A stretch of DNA of 64,000 nt from Nanobdellota archaeon (GTDB lineage Archaea; Nanobdellota; Nanobdellia; Tiddalikarchaeales; Tiddalikarchaeaceae): positions 17,527-81,526 of the forward strand of contig JAFGFH010000022.1 of assembly GCA_016931175.1 (NCBI GenBank), written 5' to 3'. Position 1 is the first letter of the stretch. Every line of letters begins with the position of its first letter. Positions 48,878 to 57,575 of this stretch are shown in pieces. The position numbers and the translations under genes are program-made. Below the pieces are notes generated by a model. It saw only the letters and a list, made by a program, of their open reading frames with translations. It was not told where the DNA came from and made no database searches.

Positions 48878-49242
48878 TCTTTCAAATAAAAAAGGTGAGA
48901 ATCACAACTGCAGTCAGTGCAGCCAAATCTTTTAACAGCAATTCCCTGCCTGCTTATTTCTTCTGCCAGCTTGCACTCTTCTTCTTTATTAATAGTTTCC
49001 TTGTAAAAAGCACTTATTATCTTAACATCATTACTCGTTGTTAAGTAATCTATGTGCCAGTGTATTTTCTTATTCTTCCTAAAATGCCTTTCTATTCTCT
49101 TCTCTAAGTTGTTAAGCGCTGAACCAACATAAGAGTAATTTCCTTTTTTCAAGCTTATTATTCCAAGAGAGCCGACTCTTAATTTAGTATCCTTTAAGAC
49201 CTCAAGGTTTAAAGCATAAACTCCTTTCACTTCTTCTCCCAC
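48823..49242 (-). CDS. DUF123 GIY-YIG-like nuclease
   Basis: KGVY, YSYVGSA, RIERH, HWHIDYL, FGCTDC.C.SHL. Confidence 0.9.
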   Translation of the reverse strand: MGEEVKGVYALNLEVLKDTKLRVGSLGIISLKKGNYSYVGSALNNLEKRIERHFRKNKKIHWHIDYLTTSNDVKIISAFYKETINKEEECKLAEEISRQGIAVKRFGCTDCSCDSHLFYLKDYSIFKNFLRNLLGFSLP

Positions 49243-49541
49243 CTGTTCTCGTCCCTGTTCTCTATCTTATGCATCATCTTGTTGAAGGACTCGTCCAAGT
49301 CTATGTTTAATGAGTTCGCTAAGCAGGTAATCGCGAATAATACGTCCGCTATCTCATCACTTAACTCTTTTACATCTTCTGTACTTTTCTTCTTTTTAGG
49401 CCCGTATAAGTGGTTTATCTCTCTTGCTAACTCTCCAACTTCTTCAGTTAGTCTAGCCAGGCTTTCAAAAGGCTTGAAATAACCTAGTTTGTACTGCCTA
49501 ATCCAAGAATCCACCCTTTCCTGTATCTCTTTAAGAGGCAT
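49227..49541 (-). CDS. MazG-like nucleotide pyrophosphohydrolase
   Basis: LARLTEEVGELARE...EIADVLF. Confidence 0.92.
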   Translation of the reverse strand: MPLKEIQERVDSWIRQYKLGYFKPFESLARLTEEVGELAREINHLYGPKKKKSTEDVKELSDEIADVLFAITCLANSLNIDLDESFNKMMHKIENRDENRWEKK

Positions 49542-49594
49542 GTAGAATCAAGTAATCACTATTATAAATAAATTATTAAAAAAAAAAGGATTTC

Positions 49595-50362
49595 TTATTC
49601 TATTGTTAAGAAGCTCCACCAAGGCCTTACTACTTGTTCAAGGTTGCCGTTTACAGAATTAATTACAGTCTCAGTATTCATGTTTAAGGGCATTATTCCT
49701 AATAATCTCACTGTCTTCTCTTCCATGATTCTATACTTAGGCATCCCCTCCTCGCTGTATAATTCTACTTGTATTCTGGACTGGTTCTTTACCTGAGCAG
49801 CTATTAATGCATTCTGGGGGGTTACTGTAACTTCCACATTATTTCCTGAAACGTTCAAATACATCCTGCCTTCCTGGAATAATAATTCGTTATTCAAGCT
49901 TAACGATACGTTAACTCCAGCCCCTTCCTGCTGTATTAGTATTCTATTCTGCTCTCTTATTACATTAACCGATGCTGAACCCGTACTGGTTTGAATCCTT
50001 GACCTGATTAAAACAGGACTTTCAACATCTTCATCCACAACAACCCCTTCTACTTCAACACTGTTTAATGATACTCTTATCATGTTAGTGTTGCCTTCCT
50101 GGTTTGCCAAGACACTCACTTGCCCGTTCTGAACCTGAACAGTTGTAGCATTTATTCTTAACTGCGTCTGGTTCATTAACTGAAGAGCTGTTTGTATCTG
50201 CTCCATTACCTGTTCTTGATTCATTGAACCGTTCTGGTACAATACAGGCATAGGAGATACTAGTAAGTCTTCATAATCTGACATGTTGCCTTGTCCTTCA
50301 TTGTCTGAAAAAGCAGGCAAAAAAAGAAGCAGCGCCAAACTTATTAAAAAGTATTTCTTCAT
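49595..50362 (-). CDS. Secreted hypothetical protein
   Basis: Signal peptide MKKYFLISLALLLFLPAFS; C-terminal RPWWSFL. Confidence 0.75.
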   Translation of the reverse strand: MKKYFLISLALLLFLPAFSDNEGQGNMSDYEDLLVSPMPVLYQNGSMNQEQVMEQIQTALQLMNQTQLRINATTVQVQNGQVSVLANQEGNTNMIRVSLNSVEVEGVVVDEDVESPVLIRSRIQTSTGSASVNVIREQNRILIQQEGAGVNVSLSLNNELLFQEGRMYLNVSGNNVEVTVTPQNALIAAQVKNQSRIQVELYSEEGMPKYRIMEEKTVRLLGIMPLNMNTETVINSVNGNLEQVVRPWWSFLTIE

Positions 50363-50446
50363 AGTTAAAAAAAGATAAGGAGTTAATATAAACTCTTCTA
50401 TTAAAATGAAAAAGAATATAATTTATGAAATGATTTAATATTATTA

Positions 50447-50779
50447 ATGAATAATTTAAGAAACAATTTTTGGATTAATAATTTAATTGCTATAGTTTCA
50501 CTTATCAGTGTTTCACTGTTATGGAAGAATAATGTATTACTATTCTTTGTGCTTTTCAGTATTGCAGTTTTCATGTTATACTCTAGTAAATCCAAGCAGG
50601 AGATTAAAACATTCATATTCTGCGGTTTACTGGGCGCTGCTGCTGAGAGCGTGGCTATTCACTTCGGTGCGTGGAATTACTCAAACCCTGACTCGTATTA
50701 TATTCCTGCATGGCTCATCCTGTTATGGGGGATAGCATCAGTCTTCATAGCAAGAACATACAACAATTTCAAAAAATAA
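50447..50779 (+). CDS. Small integral membrane protein (DUF2878-like)
   Basis: Several TM helices; E...I..GAW.Y..P....IP.WL..LWG. Confidence 0.7.
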   Translation: MNNLRNNFWINNLIAIVSLISVSLLWKNNVLLFFVLFSIAVFMLYSSKSKQEIKTFIFCGLLGAAAESVAIHFGAWNYSNPDSYYIPAWLILLWGIASVFIARTYNNFKK

Positions 50780-50780
50780 A

Positions 50781-51383
50781 TTATTTTCTGCACTTTGCAT
50801 AAAGAGTTAATCCAAAAGGCAGCAAAAACCCTAAACTTATTAATTTGTTTTCAAAGGAGAGTATTAAATAAAATACTTTGTCTAAAAATTTTGGGAATAT
50901 TGACATGTCATCCGGTTTTTTATTATCTGGTTTTAATAATCTGAATAATATTATTAAAGGTGATAAAAACATGTTCCAGTACCCGAATTTTTCTATCCTA
51001 AAATTTTTAGTAAGAACATCATAAAGTCCATCACGAGTGTATCTTCTCTTATGTTCAAGCGCACTATCATGGCTGCTGTAAATAACAGGGTGTGCTGGAA
51101 CAGTCAATAAGAGTGTTCCTTTCTTTTTTAAAACCCTGCATACCTCTTTTATAACCTTATCATCTTTTTCAGTGTGTTCAAGAACATCAAAGAGTATAAC
51201 AATGTCAAAATAATTGCTGGGGTAAGAGATTTTCTCCGCATCACAAAATTTCTTTTCATAATAATAATCCTTTGGTATTAATTTTAAGACCTCTTTGTTT
51301 ATATCCGTGGCGTAAACTCTGCCATATTTCTTAAGCATTAATAAATCTCCTCCAGTTCCGACGCCTAAATCTAAAATCTTCAA
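50781..51383 (-). CDS. Class I SAM methyltransferase, probably 5'-truncated
   Basis: ILDLGVGTG, DVLEH, TVPA...S.HD....H.RRY; motif I sits at the very start, with an in-frame stop 12 codons upstream and no ATG. Confidence 0.75.
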   Translation of the reverse strand: MKILDLGVGTGGDLLMLKKYGRVYATDINKEVLKLIPKDYYYEKKFCDAEKISYPSNYFDIVILFDVLEHTEKDDKVIKEVCRVLKKKGTLLLTVPAHPVIYSSHDSALEHKRRYTRDGLYDVLTKNFRIEKFGYWNMFLSPLIILFRLLKPDNKKPDDMSIFPKFLDKVFYLILSFENKLISLGFLLPFGLTLYAKCRK

Positions 51384-51543
51384 ATCTTTTACCTTCTCAG
51401 GAGATATTTGAAGGAGTTATGGTTTCTCATACCTATAGAGTTATCCTTTACAATAACTTCAGTTCTGGCATTCTGGAACGACCCGGGCATAGTTGAAATA
51501 GCAAACATAATCTTTTACAGATTCATTTAAAAAAAGAGTTAAT

Positions 51544-51987
51544 TTATTTTTTAAGTAAGTCTTTCATTAATCCTATTTCATATTCTTGCGCTTGAATTAT
51601 TGCTTGCGATAAATTTATTACTTCAGGGTCAAAGAGTTCAGCATTCTCACTTGTAAGTATTGCAGATGAATGGTGTGATATCATTGCAGCCATGTACTGG
51701 TCATCTGATATAAAAGTTTGATTTCTCAAAAAATACAGTGAAAATATAAAAACAATAATGCTTGAGAGTATGATAATATTATTTAGTTTCTTATCTTCAT
51801 ACATTTTTTCCATTACTAACATCATTGTTATCGCCATTGGAGAAACCATTAATAAAGTCATGTAAACCCTTGTTAAACTAAAATAAACATGACTAATATC
51901 TGCTACATTCAAAAACATAACAATATACATTATAACAAAAGATACAAGCAAATTAACTCCTAATCTTACATAATTCTGATTTTTCAC
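51544..51987 (-). CDS. DUF305-like membrane protein
   Basis: Three TM helices, then MISHHSSAI...II.AQE.EI..M. Confidence 0.85.
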   Translation of the reverse strand: MKNQNYVRLGVNLLVSFVIMYIVMFLNVADISHVYFSLTRVYMTLLMVSPMAITMMLVMEKMYEDKKLNNIIILSSIIVFIFSLYFLRNQTFISDDQYMAAMISHHSSAILTSENAELFDPEVINLSQAIIQAQEYEIGLMKDLLKK

Positions 51988-52032
51988 TAATTAATAATTA
52001 CTTTAAAAGTTTATATAACTTTTCTAAAAATA

Positions 52033-52093
52033 AAAAGACGCGCCCTGACTAAAAACAGCACTTAATGTCCAGTTTACGCAATGAAATGGAAAA
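52033..52093. repeat. 61-bp direct repeat copy 1, containing tRNA-Asp 3'-end core CGCCCTGACT (52041-52050)
   Basis: 59/61 identical to 54454-54514. Confidence 0.95.
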
Positions 52094-52123
52094 TGTATTA
52101 ATATATTATAACATTAATTATTT

Positions 52124-53035
52124 ATGTATTTTAAACAGAAGTTTGAGCCTAAAAAAGGAGTTATTCATGGTGCTGGCCAGGAGGGAACCCCTTTTAATTA
52201 CCCTGTTGATTTTAAGGATTACTGGGATAGTGTTGGTGAAAATAAGCCTCTGCTTTTTATGACGTATATCCAGCTCAAGTGGATTAATAAGAAATGGTTT
52301 GAGCTTACTAAAAAACAAGTTAAATATTTTCCAAATATTATTTTACAGATTGGTTTATCCATTAGTGATACTCATTCAGGAGAACCAGAAAAACATTATG
52401 AACAAGATGTTTTATCTGGGAAATTTGATAAGAATATTCAAGAGTTTTGTCAGGAGGTTAAGAAATTAAAAAGTCCTGTTTTTGTTAGATTAGGTTATGA
52501 GTTTAATGGTTTATCTTGGTATGGTTATCAACCCAATTCTTTTGTTAAAGCTTGGAGATACGTAATTGATAAGGTTAAAAAAGATAATGTTAATAATGTT
52601 GCTTGGGTGTGGCATTATTCTCCTGAAGGTGAAAAGAATTACATGGACTATTATCCGGGTGATGATTATGTTAATTGGTGGGGAACTACTTTATTTTTTA
52701 TGAGAGAGATAGAAAAAAGTAAAAAGTTTTTGAAGGATGCTGAGAATCACAAAAAACCTGTTATGATTTGTGAATCTTCAGCTGTTAATGTAACCACTCT
52801 TAAAGGTGAAGATAGTTGGCGGGAATGGTTTAAACCTTATTTTAATTATATTAAAACTAATCCAATAATTAAAGCTTTTTGTTATATTAATGGAAATTGG
52901 GCAGAAAAAGAAAAAATCTGGAAGGAATGGGGGGAATGCAGAATATCAAAAAACAAAACAGTAATGAGTAAATATAAAAAGGAATTAGAAAATAAAATCT
53001 ACATCCATAATAAAGACTATAAAAAAATTAAATAA
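52124..53035 (+). CDS. Glycoside hydrolase family 26-like protein
   Basis: VFVRLGYEFNG (acid/base Glu), YYPGDDYV, KPVMICE (nucleophile); no signal peptide. Confidence 0.85.
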   Translation: MYFKQKFEPKKGVIHGAGQEGTPFNYPVDFKDYWDSVGENKPLLFMTYIQLKWINKKWFELTKKQVKYFPNIILQIGLSISDTHSGEPEKHYEQDVLSGKFDKNIQEFCQEVKKLKSPVFVRLGYEFNGLSWYGYQPNSFVKAWRYVIDKVKKDNVNNVAWVWHYSPEGEKNYMDYYPGDDYVNWWGTTLFFMREIEKSKKFLKDAENHKKPVMICESSAVNVTTLKGEDSWREWFKPYFNYIKTNPIIKAFCYINGNWAEKEKIWKEWGECRISKNKTVMSKYKKELENKIYIHNKDYKKIK

Positions 53036-53048
53036 ATAATAAGTTTAT

Positions 53049-53058
53049 CGCCCTGACT
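53049..53058. repeat. tRNA-Asp 3'-end copy (10 bp)
   Basis: CGCCCTGACT between two convergent stop codons. Confidence 0.8.
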
Positions 53059-53078
53059 CTTCTTTACTGTTTTGTAAA

Positions 53079-54404
53079 TTAAAAACGCTGTTCCACAAAG
53101 TTATCAAATATTTTTGTAACCTCATCAAAGGTAACAGGTCTTGCTATTAAAAAAACTGGTTTCTTATACGAACCATCATACTCTGTTAAAGGAATTAATG
53201 TTTTCGCTCTTAACGCTTCGCTTTCTTCAAATTGTTTTTTGGATAAGATAAAATTTGTTTTAAATGCGTTTTCTGTGTAATCTTCATATGGTTTATTATC
53301 AATAACAAAAATGTTGTCTGATGAATTTGGATGTATTTGCACTAATATTTTATCATCCTCGCTTAAACCTATTTGACATAAGGTCATTCCAGGAATTTCT
53401 AAATATTCTTTTCTATCTTTAGATTCATCAACGATTCCTTGACCACAATATATAAAACTATACCTACTTAAAAACAATCCTCTACTTTGAGTAATTGCAT
53501 TTTTATCAAAACCCTTTAGTTTGGAGCAATCACAATTAACTTCTCTGAATTTCTTGATTTTTGATGCATCTGCCCAAGCGTATAATTTTCCAAATTTTTC
53601 TAAATAAGGTGTTTTTTCTGGTAAAGTAATTTTTTGGTCTTGGTTAATTGGGGTTCTTAAAATTTTTTCCAAAAATTCATTTTTCATCCAATCAATTGCT
53701 GAATTTTTAATAGTATTCCATGATAATTGATGAGGTATTCCTGCCATGTCCAAGAATTCTGTTAATTTGTGTGGATTTTTAATTATTTGAGAGTAAAAAA
53801 TGAAACTTTTAAATCTCTCTCTTGGGTCTTTACTCTCTTTGTCTAAAAATCCGAGTTTATCAAAAATCGGCTCTAATTTTGTGTCATAGTCTCCCACACA
53901 ATCTTTATACATCCAATGCAAATCATCCCTATAAGAATCCCCTTTGTAACCTCTTCCAGCATATCTAACAGCACTGTTTGTAAACGTGAATCCGTCTTTT
54001 TTAACAAAGATTCCGCTGTCATCGTTATATAATTTTATTTCCAAGTCTAAGGGCTTAATATTAATTTCGGAAGGATTTGCAACATCCCTTATAAATTTAT
54101 TCCAATCTTTGCCTGTTTGTCTGCAATTCCATAAGTAAAAATCATTTGATTGAATTTTAAAGATATAATTAAAAATTCCTTGACTTATTGTAACTTCAAT
54201 ATTGCCCAATCCGGGTATTAAAATATTATCTTTAACAAAATCGTCTGGAGAATGCTTATAAGCATCTAATCTTCGTGGAAGACGCTTGCTTATTTCTAAA
54301 CATATATTATTTGATACTTCATCAATATCATAAGCTCTAAAACTTTCAGAACCTAACTTATCTTTATTCTCTTCTGATACAATTGAATGTGAAATATTAT
54401 TCAT
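53079..54404 (-). CDS. Hypothetical protein (cassette cargo)
   Basis: 441-aa AT-rich ORF with its own TATA (TTTTTAAA) about 25 bp upstream. Confidence 0.8.
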   Translation of the reverse strand: MNNISHSIVSEENKDKLGSESFRAYDIDEVSNNICLEISKRLPRRLDAYKHSPDDFVKDNILIPGLGNIEVTISQGIFNYIFKIQSNDFYLWNCRQTGKDWNKFIRDVANPSEINIKPLDLEIKLYNDDSGIFVKKDGFTFTNSAVRYAGRGYKGDSYRDDLHWMYKDCVGDYDTKLEPIFDKLGFLDKESKDPRERFKSFIFYSQIIKNPHKLTEFLDMAGIPHQLSWNTIKNSAIDWMKNEFLEKILRTPINQDQKITLPEKTPYLEKFGKLYAWADASKIKKFREVNCDCSKLKGFDKNAITQSRGLFLSRYSFIYCGQGIVDESKDRKEYLEIPGMTLCQIGLSEDDKILVQIHPNSSDNIFVIDNKPYEDYTENAFKTNFILSKKQFEESEALRAKTLIPLTEYDGSYKKPVFLIARPVTFDEVTKIFDNFVEQRF

Positions 54405-54453
54405 TAAACACTCTATTAGAAAAATCTATTTAAAAACTTTACTAAATATAAAG

Positions 54454-54514
54454 AAAAGACGCGCCCTGACTGGAAACAGCACTTAATGTCCAGTTTACGC
54501 AATGAAATGGAAAA
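54454..54514. repeat. 61-bp direct repeat copy 2, containing tRNA-Asp 3'-end core CGCCCTGACTGG (54462-54473)
   Basis: 59/61 identical to 52033-52093. Confidence 0.95.
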
Positions 54515-54545
54515 GTATTTTATAACTTATAATTATTGTTAAAAT

Positions 54546-54890
54546 ATGAAATGTAGTCATAGTTTTTATTCTAAAAATGGAGAAGCTGTTTGTAGTAAAT
54601 GTGGAGAAAATAGAGGTAAAGTTCCTGAGTTTCAAGAATTAGACTATAATGAAATAGGAGAATTTGCTGTTCGTATAAGAAAATTAAGTGATGAAGAAAT
54701 TGATGAAGTTTGGTATCTTTGCGGTTTTATTATTAGTGATCATCGAAGTGATTTGAAAGCTCTCCGAGATTATGACATTAAACAAATAAGAAAAAGTGTT
54801 CAAGGAGCTTATGGCGTATTAGAAATATTATTACAAGAAACTTTTGTTGAAGACTTTAGAAAAAACTTGAAAAAAGTAGAAAATAAGTAA
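54546..54890 (+). CDS. Small protein with putative N-terminal Zn finger
   Basis: CSH...CSKCG; TTTATAA about 25 bp upstream. Confidence 0.72.
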   Translation: MKCSHSFYSKNGEAVCSKCGENRGKVPEFQELDYNEIGEFAVRIRKLSDEEIDEVWYLCGFIISDHRSDLKALRDYDIKQIRKSVQGAYGVLEILLQETFVEDFRKNLKKVENK

Positions 54891-54896
54891 AAGGCT

Positions 54897-54908
54897 GCCC
54901 TGACTGGG
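54897..54908. repeat. tRNA-Asp 3'-end copy (12 bp)
   Basis: GCCCTGACTGGG, 6 nt after the stop codon of 54546..54890. Confidence 0.85.
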
Positions 54909-55000
54909 CACTATGAAAAATTCACAACGCCCTACATTTGAGCGTAGTTTTTTAATGCTATACTAATATTTATACAGAGATGGGATTTATAGTTTTTGTT

Positions 55001-55044
55001 TAGGTGACCACAAATTATCTTTTCTTCTTTTTCGTGGACACCTT
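55001..55044. promoter_or_regulatory. Dyad site TAGGTGACCACA-N20-CGTGGACACCTT at the fic 3' end
   Basis: Inverted half-sites; matches the dyad at 55954-55998. Confidence 0.7.
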
Positions 55045-55944
55045 TTTCAATGTCTTTTTGTATTGTTTTATTAAGAATTTCATTGTTGGTTTTAAATCCT
55101 GATTTTTAGAATATTGTTGCAGGACAAAATAGTACTCTTTTCTGTCTTCCAAGATTATGTTCAATGGAGGATAATTATTCTTAAGCAAGATATAGTTCAA
55201 TAATAATCTTCCAACCCTTCCATTACCATCTTGAAAAGGGTGAATGTGTTCAAATTGGTTATGAATTATTGCTGCCAAAGCCAAAGGTTTAAACTTAGTT
55301 TTATTCTTTTTATACCAACCCACTAAATCTTTCAAATAACTCATTAATTTACGTTTAGGAACTCCTTTATGAACTATTCCTCCCTTTCCATCTGTGATAA
55401 CAACTTCAACATTTCTATATTCTCCTGCAAATGATTTAGTGCCTTTAAAACAAATCTTATGAATTTTTTTAATAAATTCAAGTGATATATCTTGTTTACT
55501 TTTTTTTATAAATTCAACGGCTTTTGCAACATTTTTTGTTTCAATCTCTCCATCATCTTGTGGAACTTTTTTATTTTCTAATAAGTCTTTAACTTCACCT
55601 AATTCAACAGTTGAACCTTCAATAGCATTAGTGTTATAAACAAACTCTTCAGTGAACCTCTTCCAGTCAATCTTATCTAAATGAATAATTTTAATCTCTT
55701 TTTCATAATCATTAATCTTATTAATCTGATTCTTAGTTAAACTAAAATCAAAAACATCAGTTTTTAACTCATCCAAAACTTGCTTTAATTCTTCCTTAGC
55801 TTTATTTTTTGCAGATTCTAACCCATTCTTTGTTAGATTTTTTCCAAGATATTTTCTAATCTTCTGGACTTTGCCTTGCTCCCTATATGAATATACAAGA
55901 TAATATTTTACATCCTTACCTGCTTTTCTTTTCTCAACATACAT
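55015..55944 (-). CDS. Fic domain protein (AMP transferase) with N-terminal putative DNA-binding beta-sheet domain
   Basis: HPFQDGNGRVGR canonical Fic motif; TNAIEG autoinhibitory motif; N-terminal YYLVYSYREQGKV..IRKYLG. Confidence 0.93.
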   Translation of the reverse strand: MYVEKRKAGKDVKYYLVYSYREQGKVQKIRKYLGKNLTKNGLESAKNKAKEELKQVLDELKTDVFDFSLTKNQINKINDYEKEIKIIHLDKIDWKRFTEEFVYNTNAIEGSTVELGEVKDLLENKKVPQDDGEIETKNVAKAVEFIKKSKQDISLEFIKKIHKICFKGTKSFAGEYRNVEVVITDGKGGIVHKGVPKRKLMSYLKDLVGWYKKNKTKFKPLALAAIIHNQFEHIHPFQDGNGRVGRLLLNYILLKNNYPPLNIILEDRKEYYFVLQQYSKNQDLKPTMKFLIKQYKKTLKKVSTKKKKR

Positions 55945-55953
55945 ACAACATAG

Positions 55954-55998
55954 TAGGTGCCCACATTTTATAAACTTATCTTAAAGTGTGGTCACCTA
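55954..55998. promoter_or_regulatory. Dyad site TAGGTGCCCACA-N21-TGTGGTCACCTA enclosing the fic TATA box
   Basis: Inverted half-sites with TTTATAAA in the spacer. Confidence 0.75.
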
Positions 55999-56016
55999 TA
56001 AATAAAAATTCAGAAG

Positions 56017-56030
56017 CGCCCTGACTGGGA
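56017..56030. repeat. tRNA-Asp 3'-end copy (14 bp)
   Basis: CGCCCTGACTGGGA, identical to 57747-57760. Confidence 0.92.
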
Positions 56031-56075
56031 AGAGCAAACTCTGTTCTGATTAAGATTAATTTTATATTATAATAA

Positions 56076-57575
56076 TTACCAATCTATACACTCACTTGTA
56101 TCTTCAAGTGTCCAAGAATCAAATGTTTGTTCAAAGAATTGTTTATTCATTATTTCTTCATTTGTTTTAAATATTTTATATGCTTCATAAACATCAAGAT
56201 ATTCATTAAATGTTCCTTCATAAGAGTATTCTTGTCTAAAATAAATTGGTATTCCATTTTCATCTAAACATATATTATATGTTAAACTATTGAAAATTTC
56301 AACATCCCGGAAGTATTGATAATATAGTGTTGGAGGAGTTATTTCAAAACTAAACATTTGACAAATATTTCCATTTATATTTGAATCTTCTGATGTAAAA
56401 CTAATTACATAATCATTGGTTATAAAATAATTTAATTCTTCATATTTTGATAATACACTATCTGAACCATAATCATCTGGTTCATTAAAATTCAATATAG
56501 GACATGAACAATAACTACAAGTTGATTGAATACCATCATATAATAAATTACCTTCTTTTTTACTTAACATTGCTTCATTTTCAGCATCTAATGAACACTC
56601 ATTATTATTACAACCATAACTATCCCATTCTAATCCTGATTTGAAATCTCCATTATTTAAATTTAGGTAATTTTCAATAATAGAATAATATAAGTCAATA
56701 TCATTTACATCATATAAATTTGTTGTTGTTGAATTATGCTGTATTTCATAATATAAATAATTATCAGATATTGTAATAAAATTATCATAAAAAGTAGTAA
56801 AATCCGAACCTACTGTTATTGTTGGAGTAGTTTCTGTAACAACTTCAGTAAAATCACTACAACTGTAAGTATTTTCTAAAAACCATGAACACACAGTTTT
56901 TGTTGTTTCAATATTAGAATCTACACATATAACTTGTTTTCCTAAATCATTATGTGTTAAAAGTAAACTATAAGTGCTTGTTAATTCTTCATAATCATAA
57001 TCTTCATTAATAAATCCCCACCAATCATTACATTCAAATGCTTGAATAAAATCTTGACAATATGAACTTACTGGACTTGTTGGACAAGTATCAAATTTAT
57101 ATCTAAGTAATTGAATTAATATATCATCTGATGAAATATTATATTCTAATAATTGTGTATATGAATTATTATAACTGATATTGTAAAGTGGGACGGGTCC
57201 TAACATTGTTATATTTTCAATAACTGGATTAGGTATTTGTTGTGTTATTAAATCTGAAGTTTGAAAAATATTACTTAAACCAATAGTGTTGAATAATATA
57301 AATCCTGAAACTCCTATAACTATAATTATCCCCATTATTATAAAGGGTAAATAGTTTGGTTTTTTCTTTTCTTCTTTCTTTCCAATATTTCTAATTTCAT
57401 CAAGTGAAATTTCTTCAGATTTAGTTTCTTTTTGTTCTGGTTTAGATTCTTCTGTTTTTGGTTCAGCAACGGGTTTTGGTTGAATCGGCAAATATTCTTT
57501 GCAATCAAAACAATAATGTCTATCATATTGTTCTATATAACTTGCTTCTTTACCGCATTTAGGACATACAACCAT
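56076..57575 (-). CDS. Zn-ribbon + single TM + Cys-containing extracellular protein (paralog of 13496..14527)
   Basis: CPKCG...YCFDC, TM helix, SKKEGNLLYDGI/CSYCSC/CLDENGIP; very AT-rich. Confidence 0.85.
   Translation of the reverse strand: MVVCPKCGKEASYIEQYDRHYCFDCKEYLPIQPKPVAEPKTEESKPEQKETKSEEISLDEIRNIGKKEEKKKPNYLPFIIMGIIIVIGVSGFILFNTIGLSNIFQTSDLITQQIPNPVIENITMLGPVPLYNISYNNSYTQLLEYNISSDDILIQLLRYKFDTCPTSPVSSYCQDFIQAFECNDWWGFINEDYDYEELTSTYSLLLTHNDLGKQVICVDSNIETTKTVCSWFLENTYSCSDFTEVVTETTPTITVGSDFTTFYDNFITISDNYLYYEIQHNSTTTNLYDVNDIDLYYSIIENYLNLNNGDFKSGLEWDSYGCNNNECSLDAENEAMLSKKEGNLLYDGIQSTCSYCSCPILNFNEPDDYGSDSVLSKYEELNYFITNDYVISFTSEDSNINGNICQMFSFEITPPTLYYQYFRDVEIFNSLTYNICLDENGIPIYFRQEYSYEGTFNEYLDVYEAYKIFKTNEEIMNKQFFEQTFDSWTLEDTSECIDW

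Noticed and set aside
52065-52318. Short ORFs 52065..52262 (+) and 52118..52318 (-)
   Set aside because: They overlap the GH26 gene, and the second copy of the 61-bp repeat does not continue into a similar ORF.
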